From: Chlamydiota bacterium
GTDB taxonomy: Bacteria > Auribacterota > JACPWU01
Assembly: GCA_016196885.1 (NCBI GenBank)
Contig: JACPWU010000003.1
Span: 1 to 32,000 of the forward strand
Length of the DNA: 32,000 nucleotides
Direction: 5' to 3'
Shown: positions 1 through 9,300 of the stretch, in pieces
Layout of the letters: each line of letters begins with the position of its first letter
Numbering within the stretch: position 1 is the stretch's first letter
Notes under the pieces: generated by a model
The model's input: only the letters and a program-made list of their open reading frames with translations
What the model was told of the DNA's origin: nothing
Databases searched by the model: none
Translations under genes and position numbers: made by a program

Positions 1-10
1 ACGGGGAGGG

Positions 11-48
11 ATTCTGGCCATGAATCTGAAGACCGCCCTGGCCAGAAT
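11..48. repeat. Perfect 10-bp inverted repeat ATTCTGGCCA / TGGCCAGAAT with an 18-nt loop. Probably a member of the dispersed ATTCTGAGG...GAAGAATC hairpin repeat family.
   Basis: Arms read directly at 11-20 and 39-48. The motif resembles the repeats starting at 1246, 15374 and 16253. Confidence 0.4.
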
Positions 49-192
49 ATGAAAAAGTAAATTAAAGGTATTGTCCAGAACAAAAAATAAATGCTCTGAA
101 TTTTTCTAAAACGATCGAAACCTTTTATCAGCAGACCCTACGTAAGATCTATAAAGATTTCTCGAAAAAGAAACTTGGTTAATTAGTTAACA

Positions 193-385
193 ACGTCCCC
201 TAAAATAAACGTCCCTAAATACTACGTCCCCTAAAAATAAACGTCCCCTAAATACTAAATGATAATAAACATAAAGTTAACACGTCCCCTAAATAATAAC
301 TAAACGTCCCATAAAGTTAACAACGTCCCCTAAAGTTCAACGTCCCCTAAACCTACAACGTCCCCTAAACTAAACGTCCCCTAAA
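193..385 (+). repeat. Iteron-like array of ten same-orientation copies of ACGTCCCCTAAA (two degenerate) in non-coding DNA.
   Basis: Copies start at 193, 209 (ACGTCCCTAAA), 224, 241, 282, 304 (ACGTCCCATAAA), 323, 340, 358 and 374. Spacing is 15-22 nt with one 41-nt gap. AT-rich DNA at 60-190 lies next to the array. Confidence 0.85.
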
Positions 386-468
386 TCACTCATTAAACTT
401 GTTTGAAAGTTCTCATGGTCCTGATAAAATGTAGGCATGAGAATATTTTTCGAAAAAAGGTTATTCAA

Positions 469-759
469 ATGACGCGAGACGGTATCTTAAATTTCCTTCG
501 TTTGCATAAAACCGAACTTAAAAAAAAATATGGGGTTGTTAAAATCGGATTGTGTGGTAGCTATGCGAGAAGAGAAGAGAATGAGAAAAGTGACATTGAT
601 CTTCTGGTTGAGATAACAAGTTCCAACAAATTTAGAAGTTTTTTTGACTTATCAAGTTTCCTTGAAACTCAATTTAAGAAAAAAATAGATTTAGGTCTTG
701 AATCCTCTCTTAAAGAATTTATCCGTCGTAGAATCAAGCAAGATGTGATCTATGTCTAA
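469..759 (+). CDS. mntA: Minimal nucleotidyltransferase (MNT/MntA-type) antitoxin.
   Basis: Carries the GLCGSYARREENEKSDIDLLVE motif (GS...DxD of the pol-beta-type NTase fold). The protein is about 96 aa from the ATG at 469, with AAGG upstream. The track ORF (403..759) starts at an upstream TTG. The stop overlaps the next gene by 8 nt. Confidence 0.8.
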   Translation: MTRDGILNFLRLHKTELKKKYGVVKIGLCGSYARREENEKSDIDLLVEITSSNKFRSFFDLSSFLETQFKKKIDLGLESSLKEFIRRRIKQDVIYV

Positions 760-1198
760 TCGTGATATTGAACACTACATTGTTGATCTTGTTGTTGCGA
801 TTTTTAAGATCAATTACATGGTTCAAGATTTTCGATCGGAAGGTGATCTTTTAAAGGATTTTAAATCGTATGATGCCGTGCTTCGGGAGCTTCAAATTAT
901 TGGTGAGGCCATTGGGAATCTTCTCAAGAACTCAATACTGGATGAGCAATATCGTAAAATAGTTGATTTTAGAAATAAAATTACCCATGAATATTTTGGA
1001 GTTGATATTGAAATTGTCTGGGCTGTTCTTAAAGAAGAGATACCTTTGCTTGATAAAATGCTATTTAAGCTAAGCAAAGGTTACTCCGAAAAGACCAAGT
1101 TAATCGAAGCGGTTGATTGTGCCTTGATTGATCATCAACGAATAAAACAGAAAGTTGTTGAAGACTTTCTGAAAAAATTTAGAAAGAACCTCATTTAA
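752..1198 (+). CDS. hepT: HepT / DUF86 HEPN-domain RNase toxin.
   Basis: Contains RNKITHEY, which fits the HEPN Rx4-6H motif. Its ATG overlaps the mntA stop (ATGTCTAA), the typical MntA-HepT operon layout. Confidence 0.8.
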   Translation: MSNRDIEHYIVDLVVAIFKINYMVQDFRSEGDLLKDFKSYDAVLRELQIIGEAIGNLLKNSILDEQYRKIVDFRNKITHEYFGVDIEIVWAVLKEEIPLLDKMLFKLSKGYSEKTKLIEAVDCALIDHQRIKQKVVEDFLKKFRKNLI

Positions 1199-1219
1199 AA
1201 GCAAGATCCAACGCTACAA

Positions 1220-1345
1220 CCCAGGATGACAACCCCTCCGCCTACGTCATTCTGAGGAGGGTTTTATCGGCGAAGAATCCGACGCAAGGCGTCCTCCTGA
1301 ACCCTTCGCTTCGCTCGAGGGCAGGCTCCGTGAAGGATCTCATCC
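1220..1345 (+). repeat. Dispersed hairpin repeat, copy A (GTCATTCTGAGG...CGAAGAATCCGACGCAAGGCGTC..TCCTGAAC...GTGAAGGATCTCATCC).
   Basis: Near-identical blocks are shared with 16253-16333. Related copies occur at 15374-15493 and, in frame, at 2465-2532. The flanking CCCAGGATGACAA motif is also seen at 15441-15493 and 16206-16217. Confidence 0.75.
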
Positions 1346-1481
1346 TTTTTTTATCCTTTCTTTTAATTCCTTTTTACAATCCTGGCACCCAATGTGTCTT
1401 TAATAGCGAAGGGGGCTGTCTAGCCAGACATTTCATCTAAAAATAGTCTTTAGTTGTTCTTATACAATAAGTTATGATGAC

Positions 1482-1530
1482 TTGTAGTCGCCCGATTCAT
1501 CGGGCAGCCCCATAAATGGGGCGACTACAA
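1482..1530. repeat. Compound hairpin repeat with outer arms TTGTAGTCGCCC / GGGCGACTACAA enclosing two small palindromes.
   Basis: Read directly. Outer arms are at 1482-1493 and 1519-1530. Inner palindromes are GCCCGATTCATCGGGC (1490-1505) and GCCCCATAAATGGGGC (1507-1522). Confidence 0.6.
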
Positions 1531-1558
1531 GGGTGATTTTCATCCCCCTTTGTGACCA

Positions 1559-1647
1559 GTATGTTGAGCGTGGCCAACCGAGTCTGCACGGAGAGACGAG
1601 GAGGATTTGGCGCTCACAGCAGAAATCTGATGAGAAATGCGGGCTAG
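1559..1647. repeat. Composite repeat shared with 22245-22367, which lies inside the giant gene 2 coding sequence.
   Basis: The 26-mer GAAATCTGATGAGAAATGCGGGCTAG is identical at 1622-1647 and 22342-22367. The 28-mer at 1559-1586 is the reverse complement of 22245-22272, with 2 mismatches. Confidence 0.7.
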
Positions 1648-1664
1648 GCGCTTGTTAGCGAAAT

Positions 1665-1693
1665 TTGAGAAAGTCGTAACTTGCTGCTATATT
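1665..1693 (+). promoter_or_regulatory. Candidate sigma70-like promoter for giant gene 1 (TTGAGA-N17-TATATT).
   Basis: The hexamers are at 1665-1670 and 1688-1693 with a 17-nt spacer. AGGA at 1701-1704 and the ATG at 1710 follow. This is motif matching only. Confidence 0.25.
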
Positions 1694-1709
1694 GATAATT
1701 AGGACGATT

Positions 1710-3330
1710 ATGTTTATTAAGAAACTGATTTCCATTATTACTTTAATCGCCTTTGGTACCCTGGATGAGGCTCTGTTGTGGGCCTCTATTTCGTCCAACC
1801 CCTTTAAAGTTGTAAGTCCTTCTCAAACAGTATGTTTCGATATATTTATTCCAAAGGATTTGGGCAGCGTTGTTGAGAAATACCAATCCCCCGGCTCGGA
1901 TCATACCGTGGTTCTCTTTCAGGACATTCACGCTAACAGTGAGGCTCAAAGGAGCACTTCTGAGCTTTTAGAATACCTTTCTCGCAAATATGGCTTAAGG
2001 CTGGTGGCCATGGAGGCCGCTTCAGGCAAGATTCCGACAGAGCTTTTTAAGGACTTCCCGGACAAGGAGGTGCTTCGGGAGGTGACGGATTTTTATGTGG
2101 GCTTGGGCCAAATGACAGGCGCTGAGTTTGCAGCTTTAAATGGAGCTAAAGACCTTGAGCTTTTTGGAATCGAGGACATGGATCTCTATGGAAAGAACTT
2201 TTCTGTTTATTTGGACACGCTCCTCTTAAGAAAAGAAATCAAGGAACAAATCTCTAAGATCAAACATTGGCTTTCGCTCTTGAAGGATTATATTTTTTCG
2301 CGCGACATGAATGATTTTGCACGTCAGTTTGAAGATTATTCACAGAATAAAATGGATCTTGAAAGGTTTGCTCCGGTTTTGGAGAAGTGGGTGGAAAAAT
2401 TAGAAGTAACCCCCCTAGCCCCCCTTAAAATAAGGGGGGGAAAACTCTCCATGAGGGGAGAAAATCCCTCCCCTCGTCATTCCGAGCCCTCTCCCCGTCA
2501 TTCTGAGGGAGTCGGGGCGACCGAAGAATCTCGTTTTTCTCATTTCCCCGAATTCTCAACCTATCTCAAAATTTTAGAGCTCAAGAAAAAAGTGGATTTC
2601 AAAAAGCTTCATGAGGAAATGGCGAAGCTTCTTATTTCCATGAGTGGAAAAGTGAGTGGGGAAGAGCTTGGAAAATTCTTAGAGAAGACATTGGCCTTTC
2701 GATTGAATGAGGTTTCGGATCGGGACTTTTATGAATTCGTCAAAAAGTTTTCTGAAGAACAGGGAACGGGAGTTGAAAAATATCCAGCCATTCAAAATTA
2801 CATGGCCTATCTGGAAGAGGACATGAAAGTGAATGACCTGCAACTCTTCGAAGAGGTTGAAAATCTCTCTTCTCAGACGCTTCTTTCGCAGTGCGAGACT
2901 CCGGAGCAAAAATCCCTTTGCGAATATATTTTTTACGCCGATCTCCTCAGCCGCGTTGCAGATTTTGGCGTGAAGCGTTCTGAATATGAGTCTTATCTCT
3001 CCAAGAAGAAAGAAAATATTTCCAAGATGATTCGGTTCATTCAAAAGAAGGCGGACACTTATTTTAGTGAGGGAACCGTTGGGAAAATAAAAGGGCATTT
3101 GGATCAGGAGTTATTGAAGCTTCAGGTCTACTATGAATTGGCTCTGAAGCGGGATCGTCAGATGGGTGTTCATGCACTTGAAAAATTAAAGTCCGCGGGC
3201 CCGGGGGTGAGTGCCTTGATCGTAGGAGGATTTCACACGGAAGGCATTGCCAAAATTTTGAAAGAGAGGGGTTATTCTTATTGGGTCGTGATCCCTCATG
3301 TTAAGGATATAACGGGTGACCATTATGAAG
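1710..3330 (+). other. N-terminal module shared by both giant proteins. A tentative fit is the Tiki/TraB/ChaN/EreA-like fold.
   Basis: VVLFQDIHANSEAQ...GLRLVAMEAASG...ALIVGGFHTEGIAKILKERGYSYWVVIP aligns with VILFQDVHAQREAQ...GLRLVGMEAASG...ALIAGGFHTQSLTQALKDAGYSYQVVIP in giant 2. The paired N-terminal xxH and C-terminal GGxH motifs recall that superfamily. I did not run an HMM. Confidence 0.35.
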
Positions 3331-6300
3331 AGGTGATGCTGAGTCAAAGGACATCCGCTTCTACCTTTTCTTCCGCTCAGGATGAAAGACCCCTCCCACG
3401 CGTTATTCGCAAGATGACTGAGGAATCCGGTTTTTTAAAAGGGAGTTCTCATGAAAATTTGGCTCCGCAGCCCATGCTCTCTCGACCTGGAGGTCCTGAG
3501 ACACTGGCCAGGCGTTTGAATATGGTTTTGGCTCGGGTAAGAGCTGCTCAACCGGTTGTGACGAGGGCCGTACGTCCACCCGAAGCGATTTTGAGTTCTT
3601 TGCTTTTGGCTTCTCTTGCGGAACTGATCGTCTATTTTGTGGCGGGGGGACAGCAGGGCGGTGGGATGGCAATGATTTTAATGGGGTGGCCACAGTGGTG
3701 GTCTAAGTGGTTTGGAAAAACAGTTTCCCAAACAGGTGCCCCCGAAGTTCTAGTCAGGGAAGTTCCCCCGGCTCCCTGGGAGGAGGGATCCCCGACTCCA
3801 GGGGTAGAGTCTCGCGGAGAGCCTCTAAAGGGGATTTCTCACGTTCCGTGGGAGGAGGTTCGAGGGGCTCCCTCTGATCTTTTTGAAACTTTCATGGCTC
3901 GACAGACGCGCCTTTCTCCAGAAGATCTCACTTCTTTTCGTGGAAGCGTTTTTGGAATGATCGAGAGCGCCATTGGGCAGGGTGATTTTCGAACGGCTAC
4001 CTCTATTCTCATAGAGATTCAATCTTTATCTCAAAGAGTTGTTCAACCTTTGGCGAAACCTTCTTTTGCTCAAGTATTGAATAAGGTTGCTTTAAGGAAG
4101 GCCTTTGCTGAGGGTTTAGCTTTGGGTGTTCAAGAGGCGATTAAAGCTAGAAACCCGCTTGTTATCAGGGAGGTGTACCAGACTCTTTCAGCGTTCTCTT
4201 CAGATGTTTCTTCTCTGGAAAGTATTCAGAATCAAATCATGGGGACTTTGAGGGGTCTTCTTCGGGATGCTTTTGAGGCGATTCAAACAGGAGATTTGGC
4301 TCGAGCCAGACAACAGATGTCTTTGTTTAATGGCATTTGGGATTTGTCTGTAACTTTTGAAAGGTCTGTTCGGGATAAACGGCAAAGGGAATTGAGCGAC
4401 GGAAGGGCAAGAGCAGAAAAAATCTTAAGGCTGTTACGCCCCGAAGAGGTGCCAGTCTATCAAGCATTTTATAAAGTTCTTCAGGTAGATAGAGGGACTC
4501 TTGGGAGAGACTACCCTCTGGCTCGGTTAGAAGGGCTGTATCAAAACTTGTCTTCCTCTTATCGGAGTCTGAGCCCTGAACTTCAGGGTTTACTGCGTCA
4601 TGATTTTGAAATGATGCAATCTTCCATTCAAGGAATCATTGTGATTAGGTTCAATGCTGCGAATGAATTATTGGAAAGGGAGGTCTATCGAATCAATCAA
4701 GGAGACAACATTGAAGTTGCTGAAATTTATAAGATGTTACATCACTTAAGCACTGTGTATGAACGGATTTTAGCGATGGGGGAGGTGATAAGGGATGTGC
4801 ATTATGAGGGAAGAATCATCGGGAAGACGGGAAAAGATTATGAAGAGAGAGAGATGTGGGCAGGGGATAGGGCAAGACAAAAATCGAAAGAAGTGCAGGA
4901 GGCAGCTCGGGAATCAAGGCTTCGCGTTCGTTTAGAGGGAGAGTTGAGGCCTGTGATTGATCCATCCTTAAGGCCTGGCTATGAAAGGGAATTGGAAGAG
5001 GAATTAGGGGGATCTGGCTTGGAGCCGGGAAGCCGAGAATACCATGTGCTTCAAAGAAGATTGAGAACCCGGTTGGAAGATCAGATGACCCGTGCTGTGT
5101 TGGAGACGGTAGGAGAAGTGCTAGAAGGGAAGGCTTCTCGAGAAAGAGAAGCTCGGGTGAGAGCTCTGATAGAGGGGCAAGATCAATCTCTTCAGAGGGA
5201 ACGTGCTCAAAATACGCTTACGGGCGCTCTTCAAAGGGCATTGGATGTTGTGAGCGAGCTCTATGTGAGAATGTATTCTTCTTCTCAGTTGTTAGAAATT
5301 TTTACACAGGCCTCTATCCCAGCGGATGTTTTAAGGGCTTACATTGATATTTTTAGACAGAGTATTTTAGGGAGAGATATTCATGAAATCATAGGCGAAG
5401 TGGCCCCGACCAATGAATCTTCTCGAAGTGAATTGCTGACGCAAGTGGATGGGTTGAGAAGGGGGTTCTTAGCCAAGTTATATCCTCAGGCAACGTTGGA
5501 TGTTCTTTGCATGACTTTGAGTCGTCTTGCCCAGAGAGAGGAAGAAATGCTTGAAGAACGTGCCCGCCTTGCGAGGGAGAGTCTATTGAGTCCCTCTCGT
5601 TTGGCGGCTATGCCGATGCCTTCTCTCGAAGAGCTGCTTCCCGGTTCTGAAATGATGGGGCAGGCCCTATCCCCTGAGGAAATGGCGGCGGCCGCCGCGT
5701 TAGTTCCTAGACTGTGGGAAAAAACAGGTGATTTGGGCCCAGAAGTTTCAACTTCTTTTCAAAGCCAGCCAGGAATGCCTCCTGAAGAAGTGTTGAGGGC
5801 AGATTTACCGGAGACATCAGAGACACCAGGTGCCCCCCCTGCCCCAGTAGATCTTTTATTGAAAGGGGAGGGTCTGTCATTGCCCCCTGAAGGAGAGACA
5901 GCTCGAGAGGGGTTTTTTGTCTCTCATATTCATGACGTCGTTGATTTGGGAGGGGTCCCTGATGTAATAATTCAGGCAGTCGCAACAGATATTCCTGCAC
6001 AAGGTGCTATTGTAGAAACTTTGGAAGCGGAAGAAGAAGCGGAAGAGGAAGGAGTGGACGAGCTAACAGAAGTGGTTCCACCCAGAGGTGCTGGACTGGC
6101 CGAAGCGGAAACAGAGAAAACGGTACTGATAGCAAGAGCCCCTTCTATTTCCATGCCCAATCTTGCTGAAAATTTGCAAGGTCGGGTTGAAGCACAGGAA
6201 GAGGGCGAACGGATTGATTTGGGAGAATTGTTAAAAGAGGAAGGTCTGCCAGAATTTAATGTTGCTGACATCTCCAAAAATCTTAAATTTGCTGAGGCTC

Positions 6301-9300
6301 AAAGTGCTTTAGATAGCTTTCGTTATGACCAAGCAGGTGCCTTTTTTGCAGAGTGGTTACTTTTGGGAGAAAGTTCTGAGGAAGTCTCTGAGATGGCCGG
6401 TCGTCTTTTGAGCCCCTTTCAATCTCTCTCTGGAGAAAATGGGACGACTGTTTGGAAAAGTTTTTGTGTTCAGCTTGTAGAGGGTTTAAATGAGGAGAAT
6501 ACCTCTCATAAGTTTCCCTGGGTTTTTCGTGCTTTATCTTCCCTAGATTCAAATTTCCCGGAGCGCTTGCAAGAGGCTGCTACAGAAAGTTCAGCTGTTT
6601 TTATTCTGGAGAAAATTCTTATTCGGAGGCTTTTGGATGTAGGACAAGATGGCCTCGATGCTGTTTGTAGAGGCGTCTTATCGGATATCCATTTACTGAC
6701 GGACGATGATTCCAAGAGATTTGTTTTGCAGGGGATTAAGGGAAACAGTCGAGTGATGGAAAAATTAGATCGGGCATTTTCTGCTAATTCATCTCTTGAA
6801 ATAAATAAACTTCTTGATCAGGTTCGTCTTCTTGATTTAGAAGAGGGGGATGTTTTAATTCCTGATTCGACTTCGCGGAGTGGTACGGGTGGCTCTTCTA
6901 ACCATTTTTCCCTTTCGAGCGTTTCTCCAGCCATCATTTTACTTGTTTTTGCACTTGCAGGGGTGATGGCATCTTTGGCCCGTCATTCATTTTCATCTGT
7001 TGAACCTCAGGCGGCTGGGATGTTGCTCTTTGCGGGTCCTTCCTTGCTTCTTTTGGGCCGGAGAATCGGCCCCTGGCTTGCCTCCCTTTCCGAGGCTCTT
7101 TGGCGTCGAATGGTGCGAGTGGATGGGGGTGGAGAAAGCCTTGTCGGGATGAATCAAGCGGCCTCCTTTTCTGACGGTCAGAATCTAGGGGTTTTTGATG
7201 GGATGAATGGGGCTGCCAGTCGGGCTGCAAGCGGGGCCATTTCTCATGCAATGGCTTCCTTGCCTCGGGATGCTTCTGAAGAAGACATTGAAGCAGGCTT
7301 GAAGGATGCGTATGCCCGCGCTAGTCTTCAATTCGGTGAGACGATGGCTGCGACGGCCCGGTTGTTCACGGATCGGTATGGGGTTCAAAGAGTTGCAGTC
7401 GCAAACGTGGGAGACACCCGCGCGTATTTGATTCGGGGGGGTAGGCTCCTTCGATTGATTGAAGAGGCCCCTGATCAGCCTTTGAGATTTAAACAAGAAG
7501 GAATGACAGGCGTTCCTCAAATCAGCATCCATGTTCTTCAGCCTGGGGATGTTCTCTTTCTTTCTTCTCCGGGCCTTCATCAGGGTCTTTCTGATGAAGA
7601 TATTCTAAAAATAGCTCAACGCCGTTTGAAAAGCTCCCATCTTTTGGCTCAGGAACTCGCTCGTAGCGCCTTCGTGCAGGTCTTAAAATCCCGGTACACT
7701 CAGGATCCAGAGATGCTGAGAAGGGTGATGGATCAGTATCAATGGAATTTTGCCCGAGCAAAGGACGATCAGAGACTGAGTTCTGCTGTTCAAGAGGGAA
7801 ATCCTGTTAGGGTACCTGATGTAACGGTGGAAGTCGTAACCTTCCCTGCGTTTGGTGGGTGGAAGCGATTTTTTACAGAATTTGTTTTGGGACTGAGACT
7901 TTATTTTCTCTCAAGGGATTCTCAAACCGCTCCCTCGCTAGAAGTGATTCAATCGGCCATCCGTTTGCTTCAAGTTTCGAACCTGCCCATGGTTCGGGGT
8001 TGGGCGGGGAATATCTTGTATCACATCTTGTCAACCAGAATGAAAAACATGCCTTCAAATATGAGACCTCTTCTGGGATTTTCTCAGTCCATGTTTGCAA
8101 TAAGCGGTTCTCTTCGTGATTCTGGGGTGTTATCAAAAATGCCTGAAGCGCCCAGGGAAGCCTTGGAGGACGTTCTTAACCGTTATGATGATGAAGTGAT
8201 GGAAAAAGTGAAGGGATTGAATCACCTAGGTGCTATTGAAGATCTTCTGCGGTTATTGGATGAGCGAAGGCAATATCCCTATCCATTAGAAAAAATTATT
8301 TCTTTTCTGCAATACCATTTACGAGAAGCAGCCTCTTTAACTTTTCGAGATGTCGGCCAGCAAATGAATCATGAGCTTTATTTACTGGGAGTTTGGGAGG
8401 AGCTTCATTCTGCGATTGCTTCAAATCCTCTTCTTCAAGTCTCGTCCACCGCAGCCTTTTTTAGGGAAGCCTATGCTCCACAAAGGGGAAAGTTAGTGGC
8501 TACTGTTGAACCTTTAGTGAAGGAAAGGCTGTCCGAGCTGGAAGGTTTGAGAGATCAGCTGAAAAATCGTGTGAGCGTAGAGAACTGGGATGCTGCGGGG
8601 GGTGTGTTAGAACAAGTTCAGGCTTTGCAATGTGCCATTCAAGCGATGAATCTTGCGACCTTGCTCCCTCCGTTGGCAGGCCGATGGGTAGAGGTTTCTC
8701 AAGTACTGGCGCAGTTGGAAAGGGTCGAGAACGAACTAGAGAACCTCCGTGGCCATTTGGAGGACGCTCGTGTCTATGTAGAGGGGAGAAATTGGCCAGA
8801 GGCTCAAAAATCGCTTGAAGCGGCGAGGCGTTTGGCAACAGACATTGAAGCGCTGAATTTGAACCATTTAATCCCTCGCGTTTATCAAGATTTGTCTCGA
8901 GAGATTGAGAATCATTTTAATCAGGTGCAAGAAGCAGAAGCAAAATTGACCGAGCTTGAAGCTTTGCTGACGCAAATAGAAGATCTTCTCAAAAGAGGAA
9001 AAACACAAGAAGGAAATGTTATGACTGTTGCTGAAGGTTTATTGGAGCAGGCTAAGCAGATAGAAAGGGGTTTGTCAAACAACGGTTTGGGGACCAGTAT
9101 TTCTGAGAGATTGATTTCTACCAGCGGACGTATCAGGAGGGCTGACAAAACTATTCGTATGGCTCATGAAACCTCTCTCCGCTCATCCGTTTCGGCTCAA
9201 TCTGCTACGGGGGTTGTGTCTAAAAGCGATCGAGAAGAAGCGTCGGAAGATTTAAAGCCAGTTCTGAAGGATATATTCTCTTTTGGGTTTAGGAATTTGA

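Noticed and set aside
1-60. Possible 3' end of a plus-strand CDS ending at TAA 58-60.
   Set aside because: Only 19 codons are visible, and the segment is a perfect hairpin repeat of the dispersed family. A repeat copy is the more likely explanation.
193-385. CRISPR array.
   Set aside because: The repeat unit is only 12 nt and the spacers are 3-29 nt. This is far too short and irregular for CRISPR, and no cas genes are present.
403-468. Upstream alternative TTG starts used by the ORF track, for mntA (403) and giant 1 (1692).
   Set aside because: Downstream ATGs (469 and 1710) have better Shine-Dalgarno-like motifs. They also give lengths and N-termini matching the family (mntA) or the paralog (giant 1).
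1383-1399. Sigma-54-like TGGCAC box upstream of giant 1.
   Set aside because: The -12 element is absent: GTGTC lies where TTGCW is expected at the correct spacing.
1622-1680. Hammerhead-ribozyme-like motifs (CTGATGAG ... GAAA) in the giant 1 leader.
   Set aside because: The core boxes are present, but I could not build stems I, II and III with a proper cleavage site. The second copy of the 26-mer (22342-22367) has a different downstream sequence, so the match is probably coincidental.
2679-3098. Minus-strand ORFs inside giant 1: 2679..3098, 3403..3693, 5972..6277, 6934..7251, 7185..7580, 8500..8838, 11136..11511 and 15034..15378.
   Set aside because: All are antisense to a strongly supported giant CDS. 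Their translations are low-complexity and rich in Ser, Leu, Pro and Arg, with no recognisable motifs, promoters or operon-style coupling. They are typical shadow ORFs, unlike the two cassettes in giant 2.
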